Shown: positions 1 through 13,900 of the stretch, piece by piece
Layout: each line of letters opens with the position of its first letter
Numbering within the stretch: the first letter of the stretch is position 1
Assembly: GCA_038087875.1 (NCBI GenBank)
Contig: CM075977.1
Coordinates: 103,044,001-103,108,000 of the forward strand
Direction: 5' to 3'
DNA from: Malacoraja senta
Lineage: Eukaryota
DNA length: 64,000 nt
Program-made: the position numbers and the translations under genes
Notes under the pieces: generated by a model
The model's database searches: none
Told to the model about the DNA's origin: nothing
What the model saw: the letters and a program-made list of their open reading frames with translations, nothing else

Positions 1-310
1 TATTACATTCAAGTCATGAGACTTTGTAGTGATATTAAAATGAAGACTTCCAGACATCAATTTGATCTTGATAGCAAAGAACTCTCTTTTATTGTGCAAT
101 GAAGTAAACAAACAGTGAGAATCAAACGGATCAGCAAAAAGCTTTTCAACACAACACAACACAACACAAATTTATATATAATCTTCAAGCAATTTTTTCT
201 TTTTCAACCCACTCTGTCACCTTATCAATACTTGCTTAACTTTGTTAAGCAGAATTTGTCTTTAAAAAGTCTAAGTAACTGATATTTCTGTCCCTGATTA
301 TTGTTTCTAA

Positions 311-617
311 AAAGAGTTCCCACGGTAGAATCACGAGTCACAAAGTTAAACGCACGGCCACTACGTTCTTACAACGAGTTTAAAATGTTTCAAATTTTAA
401 CCACAAGAGTACATTTTACTCGTGGAAAAGTTCAAACATGTTTGAACTTTTGCAAGAGTTAACAAGTTTCACGTGTATCTCCCGTTAGCACCAGAGTCGC
501 TAAGTTGCGTCCACGAGTTCAGACGTTTCCGCTACGTTAATTGTACGTGATTACCACGAGTTAAATTTGTTTTAAACTCGGGTCACTCGTGGGTCAACTC
601 GCACAGTGAGACAGCCC
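311..617. mobile_element. Right end of a non-autonomous TIR DNA transposon (PIF/Harbinger-like); may extend left to the window edge
   Basis: Ends in CAGTGAGACAGCCC. Closely matches 26648-26957, the right end of the 2.5-kb TIR element. Adjoins the broken end of the L1 remnant. Confidence 0.7.
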
Positions 618-620
618 TTT

Positions 621-3600
621 TACTAAGATTAGTTCATAACCAGAAAAATAAGCAGGCTGCAAAATCTGGAGTTCAAGATCATCTTTAATCTGTTCACATA
701 GTATAGCGGTACAACAGGTTGTTAGTTGTTAGTTCATCGTTACCGCTTCCAAGACTGACCAGTATAGGAAGTGGGTGTTAGTATAAAGCATGCAGTAAGG
801 TGGGGTTAGTGATGCTATTTCTACTATGATTGGTTCACATGCAAAAAACAATCTACATCCTTCCCCGTAAAGAGCGAATATAGTTAAACACACATGCGAC
901 TTAGAATTCAAACATACTCGCCATATCTGTCAGGTGGTCTACTAATATGGCCGAATGCGAATGGACCACCCTCTCCCTCTTCACCAGAAAAGTTAGTGGG
1001 AGAGGGAGGCAGTGAACCTGGAGTGGAAAAGCAGCAGGGGACGCTCGTGGTGACCGATAGGGAGAGCATGCGGGAGAGGCAGTGTTCGTAGTCAATTTTC
1101 AAAGAGTCTCCATCGTTCCCCGATGTCAGAATCGAAGATAAGCTGCGCAGGCTTTCTGCACGATGAGCCATCTTGATGCGAGTAAACTGATAAACAGAAA
1201 TAAAACCCGATAAACGGATGCAGTGGTTACTTCAAGCTTACTGACACCATGTAATAAGCAGGCTGCACAATCTGGAGTTCAAGATCATCTTTAATCTGTA
1301 CACATCGTATAGCGGTACAGCAGGTTGTTAGTTGTTAGTTCATCGTTACTGCTTCCAAGACTGACCAGTGTAGGAAGTGGGTGTTAGTATAAAACATACA
1401 GTAAGGTGGGGTTAGTGATGATATTTCTACTATGATTGGTTCACATGCAAAAACCAATCAACACTACTAAATGATTAAGTATAGCTACTATTGCCGGAAT
1501 AGATTTCTCAGGGTTAGAGATGAAAAATAACAGATCTGCATAAAGAGATAGCTTAATGTGTCTTATTCCCACGGACAATACCAGAAATATTAGGGGATTC
1601 CCTAATAGCGGTGGCCAAGTTTCCAAAGCGATATCAAACAGTAAAGGACTTAAAGGACAGCCTTGTCTAGTACCTCGAAAGAACCTGAAAAAAGGGGATG
1701 TCTGATTATTGGTAAGTACAGAAGCCTGAGGTATATGATATATCAGCTTGATCCAAGAAATACATTTTGGACCAATCTTATATTTTTCCAAGTGTATTGA
1801 ATAAGTATTCCCATTTTATTCTATCAAACGCCTTCTCAGCATCAAGTGAAATGACACGATCTGAAGTTTTATTTGACGCTGTATATATGATATTCATTAA
1901 TCTCCTAACCTTAAAGTATGAGTAACGCTTTTTTTTTTAAACTGTCTGATCTTCAGAAATAAATTGCGGTAAAATATTTTCCAATCTCATAGCTAAAATT
2001 TTGGAAATCTACATGTTGTAATCTACCTTTAAGAGTGATATAGGTCTATATGATGTCACTTCTATAGGATCTTTGTCTTTTTGAAGAATTAAAGAAATAG
2101 ATGCTTCATAAAAGGATTGCGGTAATCTATTCATTAAAAAAGCTTCTTTAAAAACCTGGCATAGCCAGGAGACGGTAAACTTGAGAAATACTTTAAAAAT
2201 TCCAATGTAAACCCATCTAAACCAGGAGACTTTAGCAGAATTCATCAAAAGGATTGCTTTCTGTATTTCTTCATCCGTGATGGGTCCGTCTACAACAGAG
2301 ACTCATTATGTGGTAAATTGGCAAGTTCAGTGTCTTTAAAGACTCATGCATTGTATTGGAATCAGTAGGAAATTCTGATTTGTAAAGGGGAGGTAGAGAT
2401 TCCGAAAGGAATTATTAATTTCATCATGATCTACAGTGATGGACCATTCTGTTTACTCACTTTAGTAATCTGATATTTGGCTGACACCGCTTTCAACTGA
2501 TTAGTGAGTAATTTACCAGATTTTGTGCTTGTATATAAAATTGACTTTTGTTTGTAAGTAACTGATTCTCAATCAGTGATACTAATAACAAATCATGTCT
2601 CAGTTGAAGTTCAACTCTATTCTTATAGAGCTCTGGACTTAGAGCTTTTGAATATGTTTTATCAATTTCTTTAATCTCATCAGCCAATATACATATTTCA
2701 TTTTGATTTTTTTTTTTAATCCCACGGAGTATGAAATAGTTTGTCCACGAATATATGCCTTAAAAGCATCCCAGACTACACCATTGGATATTTCTTCAGT
2801 AGAATTTATAAGAAGAAAAAAGCAATCTGATCTTTAATAAAATTAAACAAAATTTAGATCTTGAAGCAAAGTAGCATTAAATCGCCATTATTTAGCACAA
2901 ACTTGGAATCAGGTAGTTTGATTGATAGTTTCAATGGTGCATGATCAAAAATAGCAATTGCATCATACTCACATGCAGTGACCGATGAAACTAGCCGAGA
3001 ATCTATTATAAAGTAGTCAATCCTAGAGTAACTATGATATACATGAGGGAAAAAAGAAGATTCTTTGTCATTTGGGTACACAAATCTCCAGACCTAACAT
3101 TCCAGAGTCAAGTAAAAAAGAATTGATAAAACTAGCTGGTTTATTTGGAAGCGCATGATCAGATGCAGATTGTCCATCGGGTTCAAACAGCAGTTAAAAT
3201 CTCCACCCATTATTTTTAAATGTTCATTTAAATTAGGAAAGGATGCAATTAACTTTTAAAAACTCAGTGTGATCAATATTAGGTGCATAAACATTCAGCA
3301 TAGCAACTTTTTGGTTATGAAGAACACCAGTAATCACCAAAAATCTACCATATGGATCAGAAATTGTTTCATAATAATCAACGGAATTGAGGAGTCAATA
3401 AAAAATAGAGACTATGAATTTGAATGAGACTGCTGTCCTCTCCAAAACTGAAAAATCGTTGATTATCGTCTTTGCCTTACATGAGTTTCCCTGAACAAAG
3501 ATAATCTGAGCATTTAGTCTATGAAGAACTTAAAAACATATTTTCCTCTTAATGGGATGGTTCAAACCATTCACATTCCATGAAAGAAGTTAATAACTTT
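621..3600 (-). mobile_element. Degenerate L1-clade LINE ORF2 (endonuclease + RT), interrupted by the mini LTR element
   Basis: SWNVNGLNHPIKRK near 3580, YSRIDYF, SYRPISLL, RGTRQGCPLSPLLF, LSLYAD. The sequence resumes as FSGY at 621-646 beyond the LTR insert. Many stops and frameshifts. Confidence 0.9.
647..1463 (-). mobile_element. Miniature, internally deleted Gypsy LTR element (TRIM-like)
   Basis: Direct repeats at 1250-1463 (TG...CA on minus) and 647-857. PBS TGGTGTCAG next to the 5' LTR. PPT ACGGGGAAGGA at 858-868. The interior has a frameshifted gag start (CRKPAQLIFDSDIGERWRLF) joined to an integrase-like tail (RPPDRY). Confidence 0.88.
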
Positions 3601-4229
3601 ATCCATATTGTTTGTAAAAATCATGTGGAATGTAAAGGGTTAATTTCTTAAAGCATAATAGTTCATGATACTGGAAAGAGAAAAATCTAAGGTGGAGCCA
3701 GAAGTGATGACATTTCAGACATTTTTGTAGTTCAGATTCTGCCCAGATTGAAGAAACTAAGCTAGAAGCGAAAGACCCCCCACCACCCATGCAAAGCCCG
3801 AAACTGACCAGGTAGACAGTCAGTACACTACCTAATCCGTTACCTACCCCCATATCTCCTAATGACAGCACCCAACATAAGAAGAAAGCATATTTACCAC
3901 TCATTAGCCAAAACAAAATTAATGTTATGGTTAAGAAGTACATGTTAACTGGTGGAACACAAGAGCTAATTCATATTATTTATCCAAGGTCAAAATATGA
4001 AAAACAGAGCTGCTTCACTTTGTTTGTCTAAAGACAGGGAAAAAAAATTCCTTCAATTTAAAAAATAGAAAAGCTAACAAAGAAAATCTTTAAAATAATA
4101 ATAGAATACCATTACATTAAATTAACAGTATTTTAGAGAAGGTAAAAAGCTGTTGTTTGATACCATCATACTAAAATTCTAAAAAGTAATTAAAGAACAA
4201 CTCATCCAATTAAAATCATAATAATTTAC

Positions 4230-4754
4230 AAAATATGAGTAGTCTCCTCAAGTCGCCCAAAGAGTTGTAGCCTTTTTCTGGTCGCCTCTGGATTTTGAAA
4301 TGTTCAAAACGTTTCGGCGACAGTCGGCGACAGTGGGCTTGACGCCAATGATCATAGCTTGTCTTCTCCTGGCGCAGGTGCTGTCGTTGGTTGTCGCCCG
4401 GATGATGTAGCTTGTTGGCAGGTGACGTAAGTTGTTGCCGGTGCTGACTTCGGTGAATTCCATTGGCGACTACCATTGTCAACCTACGTCAACCGGCGAC
4501 AGGTATCTGCAACTGAATTATTTTACCTTGTCGTAGCTGTCGCGGTGGACGTAGGTTGTCGTAGTGTGGCCATAGGTAGACGTCCTAATGGGTCCGCCGG
4601 GTGTCGGTACCTGCCGTAGCTTGACATCGGCTAGGTGGTAAGTTGTTGTAGACATTGTCGAAGGGGGGTCCTGTTGCCGGTTTTTCGATGACCTGCTACG
4701 ACTATGAAAGTCACGCGCAGTCGCCCAAAAAAATCGCCTAAGTGGGACAGGCCC
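4230..4754. mobile_element. Partial MITE / non-autonomous DNA transposon rich in GTCG/CGAC motifs
   Basis: Ends in AGTGGGACAGGCCC, the same terminus as the complete MITE at 17884-18198. Left TIR not found. Confidence 0.65.
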
Positions 4755-5849
4755 ATAACTCTCTCACTTACACTACTTTCTCGTTTCCATGAATCTATCA
4801 CACACTCAGGTCTAGAGTTCCCACCAGATTCTCTAAAAATGATCTAAACTAGGAAAATATTGTGGAAAATCAAAAGCAGCTTATACCCAGCACAAAGTGA
4901 GTTTCAGTGATCTTTGCAGTGACGGAAGCCAGCCTCATCACAATGGAATAATCACCATTCTGATCTAATTCAACAAAGCTTTTAAAATTACATGTATTTT
5001 TAAACCAAGCCAACAGGAACTTTATAAAAGATGTTAGAGGTAACGATAGCCCATTTACTGAATATGACCAATGTACTGAGTATCACCATTATCAGTAATA
5101 GTTGTGTATAATTTAAGGCATGTTCGGTTAGAATACTATGAAATAGGAGATGTTGACAAATGTTAAAAATGCCATACCATTTTCAGCAATACAAGTTAAA
5201 CTGGACAGTTCACCAGTCATTATACTATCACGGTTTACATGGTATCACAAGAGAAGCATAAATGATTGTATCCTAGCACAGTGCCGGAATGTGCTGCTTT
5301 GTGGTAATATCAACCAAAATTTCTTATTGGAAAACAAATACGATTTTGTTTTAACCTCATTTGGTGACTGGATTGCCACTTGTGCCCAAAGTAGCAATTT
5401 CATCTCTATCCTCCTTGATTAGATGTCACATAACTCATGAAGATCAATGTATTGGGACTGTGGCAGGTTGATTGCTGATGTTGCTTATCCTGCCATTCCA
5501 GTAAAGAGATTAAGGATGACAATTGTAATGACAAATTACTAGCTAATTCAAAGTGTTTTTTAATGGGATTCGTCATCTGGACATTTTCACGCATTCTGGC
5601 TAAAACTGGGAGGGAAGGAATAAAAATAGCAAAAACGTCAGTGTGTGTCTGCCATTCTTTGCAATCTTTCTCATTTTATACTGTTAGAATTTTATAATCT
5701 TTTTCTCTGGCCAAGAATAATGGGCTGGGTGTCTGAGGAGAGGAGGGGTGATATCTCTTACAGGCAGGACATAGCAGGTCCTCAGCAGATTTGTTAAGTA
5801 TTTACTAATGGTATCCAAGGTGGTTTCACTGCTGAATTCCATAGCGTGG

Positions 5850-6487
5850 GCCTACTGTTGGCCTTCATAACAAGAGGATTTGAGTATAGGAGTAAAGAGG
5901 TCCTTTCTGCAGGTGTACAGGGCCCTGGTGAGACTACATCTGGAGTATTGTGTGCAGTTTTGGTCTCCTAATTTGGGAAAGGACATCCTTGCTATTGAGG
6001 CAGTGCAGCGTAGGTTCACAAGGTTAATCCCGGGGATGGCGTGACTGTCACATGAGGAAAGATTGGAAAGACTGGGCTTGTATTCAACGGAATTTAGAAA
6101 GGATGAGAGGGGATCTTATAGAGACATATAAAATTATAAAAGAACTGGACAAGCCAGATGCAGGAAAAATGATTCCCAATGTTGGGAGAGTCCAGAACAA
6201 GGGGCACAGTCTAAGAATAATGGGGAGGCCATTAAAACTGAAGATGAGAAAAAACTTTTTCACTCAGAGAGTTGTGAATTTGTGGAGTTCTCTGCTGCAG
6301 AAGGTAGTGTAGGCCAATTCACTGGTTGAATTTAAAAGCGAGTTAGATAGAGCTTGGGCTAGCGGAGAAGGCAGGAACAGGTTACTGATTGTGGATGATC
6401 AGCCATGATCACAATCAATGGCGGTGCAAGCTCGAAGGGCCAAATGGCCTCCTCCTGCACCTATTTTCTGGTGTTTTCTATGATTCT
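5850..6487 (+). mobile_element. CR1-clade (HER1-like) LINE 3' fragment
   Basis: LEYCVQFWSP, RMRGDLIETYKI and FFTQRVVNLW motifs. 3' UTR ends GGCCTCCTCCTGCACCTATTTTCT. Confidence 0.9.
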
Positions 6488-6879
6488 ATTACTTAGGCAT
6501 ATCCCCTCTCAGTCACACTGTGGCAGTCTGAAGGCGTACTTTTGCATGTGTCGTCCACAGATTGTGTTGGTCATGCATGGATAGACAGCAATCTCAAGAG
6601 AATGTATTTCACATCTCTGAGAATGTTTGAACTCCTTTGTGCATTGGAGTGTCAGACAGGAGCATCTGAAAGGAAAGTGTGATCTTTGGATATATTGCAG
6701 TAAGTCCCCGACTGTCCATATTTGCATCAGTTTGAATAAATTGAATCACAAGGAGCACAAAAGCACATTTCTCCACAATCCATTTTCTTAACATTGCCAA
6801 GGCTTCAAGTGCAAGATGTACGCATCGTGGAGCCAACACATGATTTTTTGTTGTTAGATTCACTCTGTTTATATAAGAA

Positions 6880-8150
6880 AATAGGTTTGAGTTCTATCAT
6901 GTCCAAAAATCTATCAAACTCAGGGTTGAAAACAATAACAGAGCCTCCACATCCTCTGAGAGAACGAATTCCAAAGATTCACCATTTGCAGATTGGAGAA
7001 ATACCTCCTAATTTTAGTGCTAAATGCTTGCCATTTCACTTGAGATGGCAATGCCAGATCTCAGGTCCTAAGTCAGTGGAAACAACCTCCCCAAGTTTAC
7101 CTTGCCGAGCCCATTAAGTATTTTGTCAGCTTCAACAAGGTCATTTTCCAAACTCTGTAGAATTTTGACATAGTCTATTCAGTCGTTCCTCATTTAATGG
7201 ACCCACCATCCCAGGGATCCATAAACTATGACCTATATACTGTCTTTCATTGCATAAAGGACTTCAAGCTTTTTTACTTGGAGTTATTAATTTATTGAAT
7301 TTGTTTGATTAATTTATGTTATCCATGAGTACTGTGTTTACAAGTCTGTGATGCTGCTGCAAGTAAGAATGTCATTGTTCTGTTGTCTGTACATCTAATA
7401 ATTAAAACACTCTAACTCTTGACTTGATTTGGTTGAACCTTTGCTGCACTCCCTCCATCACCAATATTTCATGATTCGATTTTCTTATTCCTTAGGAGTC
7501 CTTTCAGGCTACACCAGCTCCTGGAGTATTTCAATGTCCTTATGGTAATTGTTTTCTCTGGACTGTTCTCTTTCATATACCTATCAATTCTTGCCTTATT
7601 CTTGGGCCACCCACCTACCCGAGGATCAATTTACACCAGCTAATTAACGTATCAAAGCTTGTTTGATGCAGAATATGAGGGAAAACAGGAGCACTCAAGA
7701 GAAACCAATGCGGTCAAATGGAGCATGGTTAAATTCCACAGAGACGGCACCCAGTCAGGATTTCACTGGAAATTGGTGACAGCAGCACTAACCTGTGCGT
7801 CACAATGCGTCTTTCATGTAAGGAGACTAAAATTTACACAGTATTCTGCATACGGTCTGCCAAAGCATTGTAGAATTGCAGTGAATAATCTTTACCTTGT
7901 ATTCAGATGGTTTAGCAATAAAACCAACATGCCACTTGTCTTGCTGTTTTTCTGTTGCAACTGCCTATCAGCTGTCAATGACTGCCATACAAGGCCACCT
8001 AGGTCTCTTTGAATATTAACATTTCCCAATCGCTCATGATTTAAAACATATTTAGAATGTCTGTTTTTTCTCTACAAGTGGATAGGCTAACATTCTCCAC
8101 AGTACACTCTCCTACCATGTCCACTCACTCACCTTATCTATATCCCCATT
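6880..8150 (-). mobile_element. Old CR1 fragments with interspersed Rex1-tail and SINE remnants
   Basis: Diverged similarity to the other CR1 copies in the window. Rex1-like tail at ~7320-7425 and SINE remnant at ~7610-7800. Confidence 0.55.
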
Positions 8151-8479
8151 GCAGCTTTTTTCTTGCCCCTTGCAATCAGTCTGAAGAAGGTCTCGACCCA
8201 AAACATCACTGATCCATGTTTTCCAGAGATGCTGATTGACCTGTTGAGTTACTCCAGCAATTTGTATGTTTTTGAATAAAATACTGCAAGAGGCCAACAA
8301 CTGCCTAGGTCATGGGCTCATTGGTGTAATATGGGCCTCAGATGTTTAACCCAAAGGGCACTGCGCAGATTCAGTTTTGAAAACACTGGAGTGAGTGGAC
8401 TGGTGCTCAAAACCTTGTGCCCTGTTGTATATCCCCTTAAATCTGTTTTATTCTTCCCAATACTCATGCTCCCACTTAG

Positions 8480-9024
8480 TTCCGTGTCATCAATTCCAGC
8501 AGCATCAACCGACTCCAACTGGTCCAGAATGCAGCCGCTCGATTCATTACCCACACCAAATCCTGGCACCACATCACCCCAGTTCTCAAAGAACTTCACT
8601 GGCTTCCCATTTCCCACCGGATCACCTACAAAATCCTGGTCCTCACCTACAAAGCCCTCAACAACTTGGCCCCCCCTTATCTCATTGACCTCCTCTCCCC
8701 CTACCAATCCTCACGGTCCCTCAGATCCACATCAGCTGGTCTCCTCTCCACTCCGAAATCAAACCTCTGCACTTTTGGAGGCAGAGCCTTCTCCAGGGCA
8801 GCTCCCAGGCTGTGGAATTCCCTCCCACAACTGGTCCGAAATTCTGAGTCCCTCACCATCTTCCAGTCCCGCCTCAAGACCCATCTCTTCACCTCTGCAT
8901 ACCCTTAGTCCCATGTTCTCCTCCCCTTTGCATCTCTGTCTTACTGCTCTATTTTGTTTTGTTTATTCTTGACTCTCAATGTAAAGCGACTTTGAGTCCT
9001 GAAAAGCGCTATATAAATAAAATC

Positions 9025-9075
<51 letters not shown>
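8480..9075 (+). mobile_element. L2-clade LINE 3' fragment with (TTA)n tail
   Basis: LQLVQNAAA, LHWLP, AFSRAAPRLWNSLP and FQSRLKTHLF motifs. 3' UTR TGTAAAGCGACTTTGAG...AAAGCGCTATATAAATAAA followed by (TTA)n. Confidence 0.9.
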
Positions 9076-9249
9076 CCACTCAGACAAAGGAGATAATAAG
9101 CGAATGTCAGCTGTTCCCTGTTTCCTCTCTCCCGCCTTCCTGAAATAGAGGTCACATTAACTACCTTCCAACTTTTCTAAACATTCCAGCATCTTTTGAA
9201 TTTTTGGAAAATTACTACCAAGGTTTCCTCTATCTCCACCGCCACCTTT

Positions 9250-9558
9250 AGTTTTAGTTTAGTTTAGAGATACTGGGCGGAAACAGGCCCTTTGGCCCAC
9301 CGAGTCCGCGCTGACCAGTGATCCCCACACCGTCCTGCACATTAGGGACAATTTATATTTACACCAAGCCAATTAACCTACAAACTTGTACATCTTTGGA
9401 GTATGGGAGGAAAGTGAAGATCTCGGAGAAACCCACGCAGGTCATGGGGAGAACATACAAACTCCGTACAGACATCACCCGTAGTCAGATTTGAACCCGG
9501 GTCTCCGGTGCTGAAAGTGCTGTGAGGCAGCAATTCTACCACTGCGCCAGCGTGCTGC
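9250..9558 (-). mobile_element. tRNA-derived SINE (HE1/V-SINE-like)
   Basis: Minus strand has a tRNA-like head (TGGCGCAGTGG; GGTTCAAAT), a central TACGGAGTTTGTATGTTCTCC core and a (CTAAA)n tail. Confidence 0.85.
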
Positions 9559-9724
9559 CTTCTCTCAGAATAATATCAACCAGCAGGTCACTGAGATGTA
9601 TCGGCTTCAGGTTTGTTAAGTTCTCATAGAATTCTTCCTTATTAATATTAATTCCTTTACTTTTCTTATTTGCATTGGAATCTTGGTTCCCCGGCATTTC
9701 TGGGAAGTTTTTGGACATTAATCG

Positions 9725-10793
9725 TTAGAGATAGAGCATGAAAGCAGGCCGTTTAGCCAACGCCAATGGGCGACTTGATGGTCGCCGACAAGTCCGACCA
9801 ACACCAATCACCCCGTAGACTAAGACTTGCGGCAATTTACAGTTATACCAAAGCCAATTAACGTACATACCCGTAAGCCTTTGGAGTGTGGGAGGAAACC
9901 TGAGCATCCGGAGAAAACCATCGCAGTCACGGTGAGAACGTACAAATTCCGTACCAACAGCACATGTAGTCAGGATTGAACCCGGGTCTCTGACATGGCA
10001 AGACAGCAACTCTACAACTGTGCTGCCCAACTTTGATATGTTTTCTTCTGCATATACAGTATTGCACAAAGAAAATAGTTTAGAAACAAGGAACTACATG
10101 GATGGTTGTTTACAAAGGAAGATCCAGAGTGCCAGAGGAAGAGAGAGAATAAAATATGAGAGGACCTGCATTTTGTCCAGCATTTTGACGTGGAACACAC
10201 AAGATTCTGCCAAGTTCGTGTACATAGGATGCAGGTTATTCACACATCACCATTCCTTTGAAGATATTCAGGGGTTACTACCCAAATTTCCACTTCTTAT
10301 TTCACAGTTTGATATTTAGTTTAGTTTTAGGTTAGAGATACAGCGTGGGAACAGGCCTTCGGCCCACCAGGTCTGCACCACCCAGCGATCCCCGCACATA
10401 AACTCTACCCTACACACACTCGGGACAATTTTACATTTACACCAAGCCAATTAACCTACAAACCTGTACGTCTTTGGAGTGTGGGAGGAAAACGGAGATA
10501 TCGTTGAATGCCTACACAGGTCACAGGGAGAACATAGAAACTGCGTACAGACAAGCACCCGTAGTCAGGATCAATTCCGGGTCACTGGCGCTGAAAGGTA
10601 GTAGCTTTACTGCTGTGTTGAAGAATATTGTGGAAAACCTGTACCTCTTTAGAGCCTCTCTGGAGCTCCCAGGGAAAACCCACATGATCACAGGGAGAAT
10701 GTACAAACTCCGTACAGACAGCACCCGTAGTCAGGATCGAACCCCGGGTCTCTGGCGCTCGAAGGCAGCAAATCTAACGCTACGCCACTGTGC
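9725..10793 (-). mobile_element. Cluster of SINE copies (9725-10028, 10315-10620, 10635-10793)
   Basis: Same head, core and tail as the SINE at 9250-9558. Confidence 0.8.
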
Positions 10794-11844
10794 TATTCTT
10801 CAATCTGATTGGCTACAGAGCTTGGCTGATGATGGCATTGTGCGTGGAAACACGAGGGAACCATGCCATTAGGTTCAGTGAGTCTTTATGTGCCACTGGC
10901 TTGGAGATTAGAGGTAAGCATGTATGCTTCTTTCTGGAAATGCCGATCCATATGCATGAGTTGCAACCAGCCCAACACTTACTGTATGCATCCCAAAATC
11001 AACATGGCTGAAACATCATGCAAGACTGACAGCAAGTGAGTAAAACCATTTGTTTTATATGTTGCGGGTAGTTTAGATTATGAAAAGGGTGTACAGAGTA
11101 TGAGTGATGAATTAATTATGAATTTAAACAAAAAGACGATATGCTTGGTGTTCTACTGCAATTCATGTGATTAATTTATGAAAGGTCATCAAACCATAGG
11201 GGATTATGTGGCAGAGATTCAATGGGATAATGCCTGGAATTCCATTCTTCTTTCGTGAGGAGGGATGTGCAATAGCAGGATTATTAACAATGGAATCAAA
11301 AAGTCAAAGATTGAAAAGAGGCATTTTAAATTATCATGGGTTTTGACAGAACGATTAGGAATAGCCATTGCTTTTAGATGAAGGGGTCACGGTGTCAATT
11401 TAAAATGAATCATAGTGATGGAAGAGTATTTAAATAGACTGAGGCAGTAACTTCACACTGGTACTCAAGATGAAAACATGAACCAATGAACCAAACATAT
11501 TAAAATATATTTATAATAATATGTACACAATAGAATTAAATAAACTACCTAAAACACTGTTGTTAAAGATCATTAATCACTAAGTTTATTTTTCTGAATA
11601 CATTCTTTTTATTTAATCTTCCTTTAATTTCTGAGCATGATCTTTTACACCCTTTCCAAGCCAATGTACACATATATATTTTGAAATCTTTGCACATATT
11701 GTACCAGCTCATTCAGGTCCTTAACAAACTTTACCTAACTCACAGACCACTGAGAACTCAAAACTTGCTTTCTGACATCTGCAGTGTTCATATTTTGATG
11801 ACAACAAAGTTTGTCCAGAAGACCAGCCATACATACAGACAAAA

Positions 11845-12370
11845 GACAATAGACAATAGGTGCAGGAGTAGGCCATTTGGCCCTTCGAGCCAGCACCGCC
11901 ATTCAATGTGATCATGGCTGATCATCCCCCATCAGTACCCTGTTCCTGCCTTCTCCCCATATCCCCTGACTATTTTTAAGAGTCCTATCTAGCTCTCTCT
12001 TGAAAGCATCCAGAGAACCTGCCTCCACCGCCCTCTGAGGCGGAGAATTCCATAGACTCACCATTCTCTGTGAGAAAAAGTGTTTCCTCGTCTCCGTTCT
12101 AAATGGCTTACTCCTTATTCTTGAACTGTGGCCCCTGGTTCTGGACTCCCCCAACATCGGGAACATGTTTCCTGCCTCTAGCATGTCCAAACCCTTAACA
12201 ACCTTATATGTTTCAATGAGATGCCCTCTCATCCTTCTAAACTCCAGAGTGTACAAGCCCAGCTGCTCCATTCTCTCAGCATCTGACAGTCCCGCCATCC
12301 CGGGAATTAACCTTGTAAACCTACGCTGCACTCCCTCAATAGCAAGAATGTCGTTCCTCAAATTAGGGGA
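11845..12370 (-). mobile_element. CR1-clade LINE 3' fragment
   Basis: ORF 11912-12361 contains AIEGVQRRFTRLIPG and RRMRGHLIETYK. (TATTGTC)n tail. Confidence 0.9.
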
Positions 12371-12632
12371 ATTACATATAATGTACTATTATAACCACAC
12401 TGCTGGATGGTTCTTTTCTGGTCGTGCATAAGTATGAAAACAAAATCTAAACTGAATGTGATTGATGTTTAACTCAATGTGATGACTAAGCTGCAGATAT
12501 TTTCTGTGAAGATCATCATAGCGTTTAACTCCATACAATTCCAACTTTAGAGTTTTAACATTAAATTGACTGCCCCCTCAGAAAATGGATTTTGCAGCCA
12601 TTCTCAGTGTCCTCATGGAAAGATTGCAGGTA

Positions 12633-13085
12633 CAGAAACATAGAAAATAGGTGCAGGAGTAGGCCATTCGGTCCTTCGAGCCAGCACCGCCATTCAACTT
12701 GATCATGGCTGATCATCCAAATTCAATACCCCGTTCCTGCTTTTTCCCCATATCCCTTGATTCCCTTAACCCTAAGAGCTAAGTCGAACTCTCTCTTGAA
12801 AACATCCAGTGAATTGGCCTCCACTGCCTTCTGTGTCAGAGAATTCCACAGATTCACAGCTCTCTGGGTGAAAAGGTATTTTACTCATCTCCATCCTAAA
12901 TGGCCTACCCCTTATTCCTAAACTCTGTCCCCTGGTTCTGGACTACCCCAACATCAGGAACATTTGTCCTGCATCTACCCTGTACAATCCTCTAAGAATT
13001 TCATATGTTTCTATAAGATCCCCTCTCACCCTTCTAAATTCCAGCTAATACAAGCCCAGTTGACCCATTCTTTCATCATATGTTC
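12633..13085 (-). mobile_element. CR1-clade LINE 3' fragment
   Basis: Same 3' UTR and RT C-terminus as the neighbouring CR1 copies. Confidence 0.85.
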
Positions 13086-13559
13086 ATTCTTCACAACACC
13101 CATTGGAAAGCTTAGTCATCGAGGATGTTGAAACACAGACTATTGTTACCATTGAATTCAAATTGGATGCACAGTTGAAGCATAAATGGACGTGATGACA
13201 TGGGATAGAATGAGACATTGGGAATGTGTGGTGCAAAAGGCCTTCCCTGGTGCCATGAACATTCAATTATTTATCTATATTTTGCAGAAGACCATCGTTA
13301 TTTGACCAGCCTTTACAAAACCTATACAACTGGAGGCATAATGTAAATGGAATACTGCTTGAACTCACCAATCAACACACTGACCTTATGTTGGTGAAGT
13401 GCTATGATTCATGATTATATTGCAGAGGTTATATTTTCCAGCTGGCAGCCACTGAGCTTTCTAAACTACAGGTTGGAATGCAGCGAGGCTAAAACTAAAA
13501 CTAAAAAAACTAAAAACTAAAAAGACATTTGACCGATGGGTGTTTCTGCAAAAGCAGCA

Positions 13560-13900
13560 TTGGTTTTCATATCTCTGAACTGAAAATGACCTACCATCTA
13601 AGCATTAAGTTCTTTTGATTTGTGCATACAATGCCACTGTTCCAACCGACCATTTTCCTGCTTTTCCTCTCAACAACTCTGCTTTCCCCCTGACCATTTC
13701 ATCAACTGATTAATATCATTCTGTAACCAAGAAATGCACTCCGCTATATCAACAGCAGCACCAATCTTGGTGTCAGCCGTAAGTTTACTGGTCATGCCTC
13801 CGACAGTCACATTCAGATCATTAATGCAGATAATAAACAGCAAAGGTCCAACCACTCAGGCCACAGGCTTCCAATTTTAGAAATAATTTTTGGCATCACT
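13560..13900 (-). mobile_element. Degenerate CR1 RT fragment
   Basis: GPLLFIICINDL...KLTADTKIG, a decayed FADDTKIG motif. Confidence 0.7.

Noticed and set aside
8331-8972. 213-aa Ser/Pro-rich ORF
   Set aside because: Alternative reading frame of the L2 fragment.
9480-9558. tRNA genes (A/B-box sequences)
   Set aside because: They are SINE heads attached to the SINE core and tail, with no complete cloverleaf.
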